A DNA stretch of 63,477 bases, filler included, from Dugesia japonica (Eukaryota), in the NCBI GenBank assembly GCA_001938525.1. It is 6 parts of 6 records of this genome, joined end to end, with 100 filler letters (N's around TTAATTAATTAA, not from the genome) between each part and the next. Parts side by side here need not be neighbours in the genome. Positions count along the whole stretch, not along the records: positions 25,003 to 33,162 come from MQRL01399256.1; positions 33,263 to 42,790 come from MQRL01632403.1; 4 more parts are not named here. The stretch is one strand, 5' to 3'. Below are positions 25,150 through 38,299 of this stretch, piece by piece. The translations under genes and the position numbers were made by a program. The notes under the pieces are model-generated. The model saw nothing but the letters and a program-made list of their open reading frames with translations. It searched no databases and had not been told where the DNA came from. How positions within the stretch are numbered: the stretch's first letter is position 1; every line of letters starts with the position of its first letter.

Positions 25150-28100
25150 GACAATCGTTAGTCTAGTTGATTACATCCATCACTCATTCGTAATCTGAAC
25201 CCGTAATTCAAAATGTCTCAATTCCAATGGAGTATCCTTTGTCAATTAAGCGTAAAACGAACTCTATCTAATCTCGATATGACATTTTCTAGAATAACGA
25301 TGTGCCTCTTCACTACTAATGCTACTACATTTACTCTCAGCAAAATACTCTATGCCACAAACTATCTACTAGTGCAGGCTGCAATTTCCAAATCGATGTT
25401 TATGGAATCATCTGTAGTCCTTAATAAAAATTTTGTCCAATGTAGTACAAATTGTATTTGTTTTCGTTTGAAACTATTACCATTAATTATTTGTTTTTGT
25501 TTTAAGACATTGTTTGACATATTTGGGTAATCCAACGAAAACTACCATCAATCCGAAAATTTGTATCAAGGTTTATCACGTTCAATTCAGGTAGTGAAAA
25601 CAACAGCATTACTTCATGTTTTTTTTCTACAGTGACAAGTATGATAGCTAAGTATTCAGTAAATCAATATGATGATCAAGTCCTTTTGAATATCTCGATT
25701 TAATATGATCTTTTTGTTTGGGTCAGCCTTATTATTATAAGAATCGGCGGTTTTTCTTTCTCAAGATTAACTGGATTAAGATTACTGCGATGGTAATTTT
25801 TATTTTTTGTTGCGACACTGATAAGGTGGTTCTATGAACTACTATACTCACAACATCTGTCGCGTAGAGTATAATAACTACCCGGTTAATGCAAGTAGAG
25901 TTAACCGTAATATTATTACTATTAAATTTACCACACAATTATAGTTAGCACTATTAGTATTATTATTACCCTAAGTGTATTAAAAGGATTAATGTTAGTA
26001 CCATTAACAGTGTTATTATTATTTTTTAAATATTTATTACTAGTAGCGGAGTTAGTATGATTATTGGTCATATGTGTTACAATGATATATAAGCATTAGG
26101 ATGATTTGACCTTGTTAATTCCATTTGCAAAGGTAAAGCTGTGACAGGTCAGAATATATCACAGTAGATCACTCCAATATTGATTTTATTTAGAGCATGT
26201 CAACTTAGTTGAGTGATACACTCCGTTTGATTCGAAAACAGCGTAAGATGGCTCGGACCAAAAAACTTATTGGGAACTTATTGTTTCCTCATCTGGTGGA
26301 ACATCCTGACAAAACTGACTTGCGCTGTTTCGTTGAGATGTTCCCATTGAACCTCAATGTAGACATTGATGAAGCAATCTAATCATCTATGAAATTGAAC
26401 TCTGCTAGTCATTATAATTTTTACTAAAAATAAATATTACTTCAATTGTTTTGGTGTAGCTTTGCCATTAGATTTCTTTTATTTAATTTTCTCTTACACC
26501 ATTTTAATGTAATTTCAATTTTATCATTATTAGAGACCGAAATAATTCTAAGATCGAACATAAATGGGAGATCGTCTTAGATCGTACATCTGGCAAGACC
26601 ATATTTAAGCGATTTAAAAACCCTATAATAGGGATGCAGGAGTGTTTGTAGATCACTCCAATTTGCACGACGGAGTAGCAAATAAAGAGAGACAGATGGA
26701 CGATGCTGATCGACTAGATGTTTATTATTGGAAAAGGCCCAATCATGCTCGTACCGTCTACCATGCAGTCACGTCCACACACATAGACGTTAACGGCGAA
26801 ACACAAACCATACGGACGTGGCAGGAAGGCCTATCGGTCGTCGGTCTTACTATCAATCAGCTGCTATTTTTTTCAACCTTGCCGCCTTTGTACATGAATA
26901 TCTGTGGAATATTTGTAATTCCAAAGAGAACCTTAATATTGAAAACTCTGGTTGTGATACCAATAATGGCCCCATTTGATTCTTTAGCTGGGTGTCCTTT
27001 TGTCGTTCGTAATAAAATTATGCTAGTTAATTAATGTCTACTTGTCATCTTACTTGATCTTAATAAAAATCATCTTTAAATAATAAGTGTTTTCGGAACT
27101 GTGAGTTTCCGTAATTATTAATGATATTTTTTGTTTATAGTACACTCGTCCTTAAACCGATCATCCGCACCTGTCAAAAAGATAAGAGAATCAAGTGAAG
27201 ATCTGAAGATGACATGGGACTTATATCGTCTCGCGAAACGACGTTGGGAAGCAAATACTGCAACCGCGGACAGTAAGGTAAAAAGATATAAGGCTAAGTG
27301 CATTACCTCTCGTAAAGAAGCCGAGGCTTTTCATGCACAGGAGCGTTTGTGGAAAAAACTAGTCGACTCTTTTGCCAAAATTATCCGGTCCCTTCATGAC
27401 CGTGAAAATAAACTGGTGAACAATATCCTGGAGTTAAAGAAGAAAATGCCATTTGAACCGCTAATGACAGATAAGGCAACACAAACCCCGCACTCATGAG
27501 CTTTGGCATTTCTTTGTTGTAAATTTATAAATAAAAAATTAATATTATCAAACAATATAGTTCTTGTTAATCTATTTATTTATCTACATCTTAAGCTATT
27601 AATTAATCAATCAAACCATCTTAAATTTGAATTAATGTTAATTGTTTCAGTGTCACGAATCCAACTTCCAAAAAGCTTACGCCGATGCCATCGTTTGATA
27701 CAAAAACTACTGCTTGAGAGGCATATCAAACGCCAGAACAAACGTGCCCTTTTAAAGCTCCTCACTTAAAGGAATCGACTCATTAAGAAACTAGATACTA
27801 TAGTGAAAAAACAGGGTGAGTTAGCCGAACATGCAAAGAAATTGTTACAACATAAAATTGATTTCCTGAAACACTACATAGCAGATCTATCTAGACAATT
27901 AGTAAACAAGGCGTGGATTTGTTGGAATGACAACGACGATGAAGCGGCTTTCGGCTTTTTAGATTATGAGCCAACCCAGTGGTTAGACCCGGGCGCTCTT
28001 ACTATATGTAATGTCAACAAATAAATCTAAATTTTTTAACAATTTATTAATTGATTTTTGTTAATTTTAAATAAGGGAAAATTTTGAACCCGAACTAAAG

Positions 28101-28258
28101 GTATACGTGTGTGCACCTCAAATCAGTGTTAAAGGTCAGCCACTCTATGCCGAAAATCTAAGTAGGAACTTTAGATTAAATTCTTGAACGGCTCTCCTGA
28201 GGGCTGTCTTTTCCCCGGCCAAGTTTTTTCTACCCCAAACTCAGGTGGAACCCCAACA
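25150..28258 (+). mobile_element. Coding-LTR 3' portion (copy B) with exons a-d and terminal RNA domain
   Basis: Exon a 26194-26382, b about 26553-27034, c 27141-27499, d 27651-28024, colinear with copy A. Ends CTCAGGTGGAACCCCAACA. 5' end lost near the gap. Confidence 0.85.
27141..27499 (+). CDS. LTR exon c (copy B), intact
   Basis: TTATAG|TA acceptor; HSSLNRSSAPVKKIRESSEDLKMTWDLYRLAKRRW...KATQTPHS*; AATAAA near 27530. Confidence 0.75.
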
Positions 28259-29197
28259 CTTGATAACAATAATCTTGTTAGGCATGTATGTTGATTTTGA
28301 AAACCTATTAAACAGTGATGACAATATTTATTTGATTGTAAGAATGCGGATATTTTAGAAATAGCACTGAAATGATTATTCTCTAAATATATAAATATTT
28401 GTTTTTCGAATAAATCATTTCCCTTGAATATGATTGATTTGTGATTATTGTGAGTATAAACTATTACTCTTACATTTAAAAACAATTCAAATTGTTTTAA
28501 ATCATTAATATACGGTTTGAATAGGATCACCACGCCTAATATATCGTTTTCTATTATATTTCAGTTCGAAATCAAAATAATTTTTATAAGTGTTATTATC
28601 ATAAGTTAAAGCTACTACTATTGCTATAGCCAAATATATAGTACCTGTATTATCAATCATATTAACTGAATTTGTGGCAAAGTTTTTCAATATTTGATTA
28701 GTTGAATTAATACCGCTATAGCGCAGATCTATTTGTCCTGACCAACTTAGTATTGGTATAAGTAGAAATTCAAATTTTATTGTATCAATATCTATTTTCT
28801 CTGCTGATTGTAAAACATGGTTTAATTTTTAAAAGAATTCAATTACTATATTCTCTCTTCGTCCTGTATGAAAATAACTTTTAGGGTTTAATCTAATTAA
28901 AGTACGGTAAGCAGTTATCTTTACAGTGTAATTAGGATTATTACTTGTAATGTCATCTAATATGAATTCTAAACAATTTTTAATATTTACTTCAGTCATT
29001 GTATAAGGAGAAATCGTATATGTGTGAAGAATACCTCTATATTGTCTTTAATAATGTGAGCCAAGGTGGTTGACTCGGTTGAAATCGTCTATATGTGTTT
29101 CAGCAAATAAATCGTCTCTAAATTCATGTTCCTCGAATGATAGTGTATTATTGATAGCTCTCCATTCGTCTAAATGAGAATTAGAGTTCGCTGACAT
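28259..29197 (-). pseudogene. Polinton protein-primed DNA polymerase B, N-terminal remnant
   Basis: YLAIAIVVAL...LKQFELFLNVRVIVY...IFIYLENNHFSAISKISAFL..KYCHHCLIGF resembles the Maverick pPolB N-terminal region. Cut off by the end of LTR copy B. Confidence 0.7.
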
Positions 29198-29284
29198 TTT
29201 TTTAAAGCCAAAATAATATTTCTGTTTAGAATTATTGAATTAATTTATTAATAAATTATATCTCCATTAAATTTTAAAATCGCT

Positions 29285-29497
29285 ACATAAGGTGGCCTCC
29301 GGCTGTCCCTCGTGTTTAAAAAATGTAAAGCTCGTATTAAATTTTTAAAATCTATTTATTTCATTAATAATATTTTTCACCATTTTTCCCAAGCCGATAT
29401 TATTTTGGTGAAGCTAAATGATTCCCTAGGCCTGATAAAGGCCTATTTGAACTTTACAATTTTTAAATATGGGGGACCAACGGGGGCCACCTTGTGT
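29285..29497. mobile_element. Fold-back MITE
   Basis: TIRs ACATAAGGTGGCC / GGCCACCTTGTGT with extended internal inverted similarity. Confidence 0.7.
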
Positions 29498-30531
29498 TAT
29501 GTTAAATGTCTGAGTTTGACAATTTTAAAGAAAAGCTGTTTAATTCAGTTTGTTGAATTCAGATATTTACCTTCCATATGAATATTAGAAACCTAATGCA
29601 ACTCAAATTCTGAAGGAAAATAGTTCAATTTTTATAGCTAAATTTAAATAGTTTTAATGAATTTTAACTGCAAACAAATTAATTTAAGTTTAATGTCACG
29701 CGAATTTTTGAAAACTTTTCTAATAATTTGGAAAGCAATAAAATTTTATTTGTTTAAATAAAAAATGGATATCAATTATGAAATATCAATTTTTCATAAA
29801 ACATATATGCATATGTTATTATACACACATCAACAATGTGTGTAAGAAATAATAATGACAAAAATTAGTTTTAGATATTTTGTGATCTTATCTTAAAGAA
29901 AACATTTTTCATTGACTTTTCCAATGAATGTTTCTGCATTCAATAACGTTTGCATTAATAACGTTTGTTGTTATTTGTCTATTTAATGAAAATAAAAATT
30001 TAATTAACATTACACTGTTTAATCTTAAATACAAAAATGTAAGCTGAAAATAATTATTTATGAAACAATTAAAATAATCTCCAATTAATTAAATTAAAGC
30101 TTGAAAGAAGCAAAGGAATAATTTATCTTATAAAAATAAAAACTAATGTTGTACTTTTCTGTTACAATTAAAGTAGCTCAACTATAACTCAACTTCGTTT
30201 GTAAACATTTCATACGTCAAAAGTTAATTTCGAGTAAAATTTGGTCATTTTAAATGCTTCAGAAATCTGAAACAGATGTAAATATATATTAATACATTAC
30301 ATTATGTGTTTCAAAAATGGTCATGTACTTAGCTTTTGAAAATTGAAAAATAATAAACAATTCATTTCATTAATATAAAAAAATAATTAGAAAATAATTT
30401 AAAAAAATTTAATACATTTTGTTTGCATTTAATGAAAAAAAGTTTTTCTACTCTTAGTGTGTGTTTAATAGCATATTGATTTTTGGTATATTAATGAAAT
30501 TTTTAAATTTTCGTACATTTTAAATTAAGAT

Positions 30532-31113
30532 ATGATGGCTGAAATTGGTGACAGTAATTGTGCTTCAACCGAAGCTGAAAAAAAAATTAGAAATGCGAAA
30601 AGAGAACGATCAAACAGAATATCGTCTATTATGGGTCAGTATTTATTAAAGAGCTATACAATGTTAAATGAAACATGCGAGTCTTGTGATGTATTACTTT
30701 AAGTATTTAAATTGATTTAATATAATTCCTAGACAATTCTTCTTCGCAATCGTCAAGGGGAATATCACTGTGTAGGTTGTATTGATATAGACAATGATAC
30801 ATCTAAAGATGATCCTGCAGTCAATACACAAGCAGCAATTTCTCATTTGCAAGAACAGTCATGTTCTAAAGTTCATGTGGTTATTAATGAAAGTGTAAGC
30901 TTAAAATGCTTTCGTGAATTTATCTAAATTTATTTTTAGGAAAGCTCTACAATAGCAGATTTTGATAATGTGGAAAAGATTTTAAGAACCAAGCTACTTT
31001 CCACTTCTAATTTGCTAATTCAATCCATGGATGTTGAACTGAGCATTAAATTAACTAAATTAATACAAATATTAAGTGAAACTATTAATACTATAATGAA
31101 AATGAAAGGTTAA
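30532..31113 (+). CDS. SSSCA1/ZNRD2: Sjogren syndrome/scleroderma autoantigen 1 (zinc-ribbon protein), 3 exons, 164 aa
   Basis: Exons 30532-30690, 30733-30894 and 30940-31113; GT-AG introns of 42 and 45 nt. Product RERSNRISSIMGQYLLKSYTMLNETCESCD|TILLRNRQGEYHCVGC...KDDPAVNTQAA matches the Auto_anti-p27 signature. Confidence 0.92.
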
Positions 31114-32344
31114 ATATTGTCAGAGATTCCATTTTGTTAATAAATTTGTTGAAGTTCGTTTTTTGTGAGCTTAATCAGAAAACTAAGTCAAAATTTCGGA
31201 TTTGTAATAATAAAACCAAACCAGATTTTTATATATGGGCTGTCCATTAATTACATTAGCAATTTTCAAAACCCCCGTCATTATTTCAGTGACCCCTTAA
31301 TAAAATTATGTGAACAATTTTTTTAATTGATTAAATATATCGTAAAAATAGCGGTGACATCCTCCTTGTCAACAATTGACAATCTACAAACCCGTTCCCA
31401 TTGGATTTGTTAACATAATTAACAGTTTTTCCTATCACTCCGTTCTTTTTCGTAAATCATATATAATTATATTCTTGAATTACTATTCGTCTATAAATTT
31501 TCAAAAGCGTTTTTTGTTATGTGGTTTAAATTTCATGAAAATATTTATTTTTTGTCATGAAATAAACTATTTTGTGGACTACTTTTTTTGAAAAGCTTAG
31601 ATTTGACAATTATTTCTAATGTTACCTTTTTCCATTTTAAAAGTAAGTTAAAAATGAAAAACTGGAATAAAACTATTTCTTAAATTATAATATTAAACGC
31701 ACATAATGTTTTCTTTTATTGTTCTAAACCAAATTCTTTATTTACACGATTTGATGTATATATTTTGAACCGCGTAAAAAAACTAGGTGTATTTATAATT
31801 TATAAAATTTCTTTAATGTTTACTTAACGCAAAAAGTGTCACATTAAATAATTGTCTGAACTTTAATTTTTCAACACGTTTGTTACCAACGTCACATGTA
31901 TGTGATGTTCATTTCTTTGTGTATATTATATCAGATTATGAAAATATGTTGCACTCATAAGTACAATGTTAGAAAACCATATGCCAATTGATGTCATATT
32001 ATAAGAGAAATTTTACTTGGTTGTGGTACAAGATTTTCTTTTAAAATACAGCAGTCTACAAAATAATCAAATAACAATAGATAAATAATTTAATGAAATT
32101 AAATCATACGACAAACACAATTGTTGAGTAAAAATAACCTTTGAAGATTTAATAGACATTGAATTTACTCAGCAAGATTTTTCCTAAAATCTGAAATTTC
32201 TAGAAATATTTAAAAGCAATATAATACCAATCATTGAACAGTTAACTGTAGAAGGCACATTTTAGTATTTTCAATGATATTTTAACATGAATTTTTACTT
32301 CGGCCAATTCACCTGACATCTTTTTATGTTTATATTTACTTTTT

Positions 32345-32861
32345 ATTTGTTTGAAATGCATGCGGAAATGATAGACAGCCAATAATTCCTTTCGTGTAAT
32401 GTAATATCCCTTTCCATGACTCTTCATTGAGTGGGATCCATAGGCAAAAACTCTTTCTCTTCCTTCTTTATCTCTCTGTGACAATACTGCTCCAATTATA
32501 TCAAAACTGGCATCTGTATCTAATATAAATTCTCTGTTTATGTCTAGAAAACACAAAATTTGTGCATTCATTTAAGATTTCTTTAAACTTTCAAAAGTAT
32601 CGTTTATTTCATCTGTCCATTCTAATTTCTTGTAGCTTGGTCCGCTACACAACTGCTCAAAGATCCTTGATTTTCTTGCGTAGTTTTCTATAAACATTTT
32701 CTGATAATTACATATTCCTAAGAAGCTTCGTAACTTCTTCACACAGTGAGGTTTTAAAAAATGTTCTTATTGGTTATATTTTAGACGAATCAGTTGTGAC
32801 ACTATCCCTGCTAATTATGTGTCCAAGAAATTTGATTTTTGCTTTGAAGAAACTGAAACTT
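32345..32861 (-). mobile_element. Ty3/Gypsy RT-RNase H fragment
   Basis: KIKFLGHII, LRSFLGICNY, FILDTDASFDIIGAVLSQ, TRKELLAV. Interrupted by LTR copy C. Confidence 0.9.
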
Positions 32862-33162
32862 TGTTGGGGTTCCACCTGAGTTGGAAAAATTGTGACTGGG
32901 GAAAAAACAGTCCTCAGGGGAACCCTTTCAAGAATTTAAACCCTACCGTCCCTATGGTAGGTTTTCGGTTTATTGCGGTTGACCTTACCCTTGATGGAAG
33001 GTGCTCACCAATAAACCTTTCGTTCGGGTTCTATAAGTTCCCATTAATCTTTGAACTATTTTTAGGAATTAATATTTAATATTACAAGAAGAATTAACTC
33101 ATTTTGATGAAGTAGACATTTATTATTAAGTAACAATTACATAAGGTTCACAGCGTCCGGAT
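32862..33162 (-). mobile_element. Coding-LTR 3' tip (copy C)
   Basis: TGTTGGGGTTCCACCTGAG terminus, full terminal RNA domain and end of exon d (DPDAVNLM*). Truncated by a gap. Confidence 0.85.
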
Positions 33163-33262
33163 NNNNNNNNNNNNNNNNNNNNNNNNNNNNNNNNNNNNNN
33201 NNNNNNTTAATTAATTAANNNNNNNNNNNNNNNNNNNNNNNNNNNNNNNNNNNNNNNNNNNN

Positions 33263-33370
33263 CGCCTATTTACATTAGAAAAATACAACCTCAGTTATGT
33301 AATAATCCGATTACGTCGGGGGGGGGGATACTGCATGTGTGCAGAGGTTGACCGCTACTATCTATCTACT
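33263..33370 (-). mobile_element. Polinton/Maverick-type terminus
   Basis: Reverse complement begins AGTAGATAGATAGTAGCG; homologous to the 24784 terminus. Confidence 0.7.
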
Positions 33371-33599
33371 ATTTTTTATTAATTATTTTATTTAAAATAT
33401 ACTATAACTCAAAATAATTTTAAATTTGTTTTTCAAAAATATTTTTTTTCATATTTAAATTTAAATGTGTCGAAACACCGGTCTAGAATCCAAGACTAGA
33501 GCGTCATAGGATTGCTAAAAGAAGAGAAACAACAAGAGTGAAAGAGTAAGAGTTATAAAAATAAACATAAAATTAATCACAAATCAATTCTCTTTCTTT

Positions 33600-36130
33600 G
33601 CTCCCAAATAATTCTTATTTCATCTTTGGAATCAATAAGACTATTGGACTGAAAGAAGAGCCAATAGTTCTCCTTTCTTTCTGAAAGCAAGCTCTTGAAA
33701 ATTAGGTAGTTCTGTGCAGCTTGGGTGATTGTCCGCTGCAGTTTATTGGTTGTGAATTCTCCAGGTAATGCATCTGTACTTTAGAGACTTGATTAAGAGT
33801 GTCGAAATGTTGATGGAGCCATTTTAAGGCCTTCAACTGACCAAACCGCTAACAGTCTAGTATAATTCTTTATATTAGAAGAAGGACATGGAATTAGTCT
33901 TTAAGAGAGTTATATTTTTTCCAAATTTGCTTTTTGAATATCTTCCTTTAAACTTGGAAAGTAAGAGGGTATTTTTAAATGAAGTAAAGCTCGCCTTTCT
34001 TTACTATTTCAGCTTGAAGGTCTATGTGTAGTTGATTGGTCGATAGTTCAGACCATCTTTCTTTCAATATAAACCAATTCGGATTTGCAGAGCTTGTGGT
34101 TTGAAATAGTAGCTGGAAAATGATATTGTGACGATTTGTAATTGAGGCACAATTTACTGGATAGTAACATAAGACATAGCAATTTGTTTCAATGTCAGTC
34201 AGGCATTTACGGCACCATTGTCCGGAGTTGTGAAACTGTTGTTGTGATCGAACTGGACACATCTTAGTTCTGTCCATGTGAACAAAGAACCAGTTAGAAA
34301 CATTGATGTGACCATTTTGAATTGAATTAAAAGTGGGAAGATCTTTGAAAATTGAGATTGCGCATTTTCTGGTTTTAATTTTGTTTGTCCGTAATATGAA
34401 TTGAGTAATATGGTACATCTTGTGGAAATGGAAGCAGAACATCCCTTTCTTTATTTTGTTGAAGAGTTTGTTATCAGAGCTGCAATTGACTTTTAGGTAG
34501 ATTTCCATTTAATTATGTGTGAATTGAATATTGAGATTGTAGTCTTTTTGTAGGTGGTTCAAGCTGTTGCGTATTTTGTTCCACCAGGAAAGTGATTCAT
34601 CTTCGTGCCTTCCACTATTTCACCATTCAAGGATTATCTTAGTTGTTGGAAGTTAGGCTGATTATCTATAAGTCTGTGCAGCCTTCTTGATGCTGTAGAT
34701 AGAGATGTCAATTATTACTTGGTCGGAGCAGTAAAAGCTCTGAAATATGCACACAATAGTTTAGATTTTATATTCAAATCTTGTAGCAATCAGGCCTAAA
34801 TCGTTAAGTATTAATTCCAAAGGGATATGTGAAAGAGGGAAGTCTGTATATTTTCTGAATAGCTGATTTCCGGATAGAAGCCCAGTCTGAAGACTGAGAT
34901 CAATAGCTTTTGACTGTAATGGTTCTTGAACATTCAATAAGTGACATTGAAATTGCATAATAAAAGGTGAGTCTAGTTGAAAAAGGTCTGATAAGCGCGG
35001 ATTTTCGGTCACAGGAGAAGAATTTAACTGTGCATCTTCTTAAGATCGTGGATGATAAATTTGAATTCCTGAAGAAGACAATAGTAAAGAATTCAGATAA
35101 CTACCAATAAAGAAATAAAAAAAACAAAACAAAATTTTGATCGAAGACTTTAATTTAATGAAATTTGAAATAAGATGTTTAGAATGGCTTGGTTAAAGAT
35201 GAGATGAAGTTGTTTCCGATGTTTTTGGATGTCTGGTATCTGTATCTGCTGGTATTGAAGTTTAAATCACTACAGGTAGCTCAGCAAGTAGTTACATTAC
35301 TTATCTTTTTGAGCATTTGATTAAAGCTGGCGATGAGTAATGTGTCATCAGCATAGGTTAGCATTGAGATTCAGTGCAAAGCAATTTTCACTCCAGCATC
35401 TTTTATTGTGCTGCATTTTTCAAGAATAATATTCAAACCTATATTAAAAATAATTATAGAAAGAGGATATAAGAGCATGAATCGTAGAGTGCTTTGACAA
35501 GCTTTCTTGATGATTTAGCCATTTACATTTGATGTATGATATGAAAGGATATGAACGATTGGAATAGAGCCAAAGAAATATGTGATGTCAAGATATGCCA
35601 GATGAATATTCTTGGATTCCTAGCCATATTTGTCTTCCAAAAGCGCTCTAATAATGTTCTATCCTTAGTTAAATGTTTGAAAGATGATTGCTATTAGTGA
35701 AGAATTGCGATTAATGAGCTTCTTTTGTTGGATGTTTCTATTTTTGTGAATGAAGCTTGTAAAGGCTATCTCGAAACTGACAGGATTTTCATATTATAAT
35801 TTATTGTGTAACTCTGCTGCGTTATATAAACGAGAGTATATATATGACATAACCTTATCGTCGCTGTTGTTTATGTCCGGCATCGCTCCCATAAAATATT
35901 AAGAGAGTTATGTGATTTTCTTACAAGTAGAAATATTAAGAAGAGTTTTCCAAGAGAGCAGATTTTGATGAATTCACATAGCATGATTTTGCTGAAATTA
36001 ACATTGTTGTTGACGTCATGAATTGGTGGCTCATATTGGACTTTGATGTAATCAGCTTTTGTGATTTGGGAAAGGGTATTTAGGTGTTCGGTAAAGATTT
36101 AAGTTTGAAGAATGCTTTCTTTGGTGCTTG
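33600..36130 (-). mobile_element. Decayed RLE-class non-LTR retrotransposon (R2/NeSL-like)
   Basis: YLDIT, MLTYADDT (about 35340-35365), degenerate zinc knuckle CRKC..ET....LC, RHN and HIDL motifs. Boundaries approximate. Confidence 0.75.
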
Positions 36131-38299
36131 ACAATTCATTATAAATCAACAATGCGTGAGTTTATATAATTGATTTTAGGAAGAAACTTATGATAATCCC
36201 AATAATATAGTATCGTTATATTTTTGCTCCTATATGCCTTAATATAGTTAATATAGATAAAATGATATATATATATTCGTCCTTATTTAATGAAATTTTA
36301 AAAAATTACTTCTTTAAGAATTATAATTGAATAACAATTAACAATAAAATTTATCCAGTAAGTATTGATTAACAGTTAACCGTAAAAATTTATCCAGTTA
36401 ATATTTTAAGCTTTTTGGTTGTAGATTTCAAAAGGTCCAAACACTTTTTCATCTTTTTCATAGGGTGATCAACTAAACTTTCGGTCACTATTTAAACTAG
36501 TTACCGTTATTAATTTGCATGCAATAATCATCAATATTTTGAAAAATTATATTATAAAATATAATAAAAATTAAAATTTTCCATAAAATATAAAACTTAC
36601 AATAAATACTCCATTAATAAAAATCCAATTTACATAAATAATTAAAATCCGTTTATTTATATAAACAATTTTTGTAAGTTTAAAATTAATATACAACTAA
36701 TAATATTATGGATCAACAAAATAAATTTTAATATTAAAAATTGATTGAAAAATTGATGAAAACTTATTGTAGAAATTTACACACCCGAAACACATTCATC
36801 ATAAAAATTATAAAAATTTGTACAGAATTATAAATAAAAATTTGTATGCTGCACAATTACAATTATGATCGATAAATAGAGTCAGATAATTAATCAGATA
36901 ATATAATGTTAAAAGACCGAATCAGATCAATTAATAAATAGTGTCAAATAATATAAAGATCAAATCGGATTAATGTCAATCGTTGCTTTGGTTGTGGCTC
37001 GATTGTTGATCATTGATTTGGTTGACTTGGTTGCATTGTTCGTTAGGTTCAATATTGTTTGAGGTTGAATGTATCTGTGTAATAGTGAATGTTTTTGTGA
37101 ATGTATGAGTGCGTGTGTATTCAGCTTAAATTTAAGGTTGGTTTTCCCCAACAATTAATTAATTCAATGAAAATATTTAATTAAAAATTTTAATTTGATA
37201 AAATATTTAATTTATGAAAATTTGAAATGATTTTTTAACAATTAAATATTTAATTCTAAACAATTTTTTAGACCGATGTGAGTATCTTCTTCACCTGCCT
37301 GCATGCTCGGACTACGCACCCATTATTTTTCGATGTTTCATTGCTAGTTATCAACTTATCATAATCAAAGGTTTTCAGTATGCAAAATAATAAAATAATA
37401 GAAATTAGAAAATAAATCAATTAACAAATTAACATAACTAGTAATTGCAAAATTAATTTCGAGTATTTCTGTTTAAGTTTAAATTGTTTAATTTTAAGAC
37501 TTTTCTAAATGAATGTAGTAATTAGATTACCAGAATCCCGCTTATGCTGGTCCAGTCAATACTTTGCATAATATGAAACTCAAGTTAAAATTTTAAATCC
37601 GCCTAAAATATCTAGCAAATCTCTTTACTACAGCGCTATACGTGCTCATTTTTATTTTGACAAACACAAGTGATCAATTAATTCTCTCGTAATTCTAATC
37701 AGAAAATATCGATTTATTCAACATATACTTTCTCTTTTAACTGAATATTTTTATCGAAATGAAAATTTAAATTTCAAAAAATAATTTAAAAAGGTTATTT
37801 TATTTTCAATGAATATTTTTTACGGGTCTCATCACTTTTACACATATAGTTACAATATAGTAACTGGGTTACAATATAGTCAATACGTGATTTTCTATAA
37901 TTAAATGCCATATGTTCATTGCCAAATAAATTAGTGGAAAATATTTCTCGTTAAAATTCCAAAATTGAGGATTGTGGAATTATTATTCGTTTCATTACAG
38001 ATTTTAGACAGTCTAACATGATTCGGATCTTTACAATCACGAAGTTGAATTTACAGTTTCATTCCATCCTGATTAATTTTTCCTCTGAATACTATGTAAA
38101 AAATAGCTTCAAATGATAAATAAATAGTTTTGATTTTTCTTAATAATTTTTTACAATTTTATTTAGTTTCCATAAATAAATGAAACAGAAAGAATTTACA
38201 ACAAAAATTTTATTATAATATTTATCATCTAAGAGCTCTTAAGAAATAGAAAGTACAACAGTTCTTTATTTGATAAATACAAATCAATGGTTAACCAGT

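Noticed and set aside
25735-26100. Hydrophobic antisense ORFs inside LTR copies (also 16859-17134 and 44231-44619)
   Set aside because: Explained by triplet-rich low-complexity composition; not alignable between copies.
32819-33079. ORF containing WGKNSPQGNPFKNL, echoed at the end of 28171-28533
   Set aside because: Antisense translation of the conserved non-coding RNA domain; conservation is better explained by base pairing.
35758-35925. Possible short solo LTR (TGTAA...TTACA) inside the RLE element
   Set aside because: No matching TSD and no second copy in the window.
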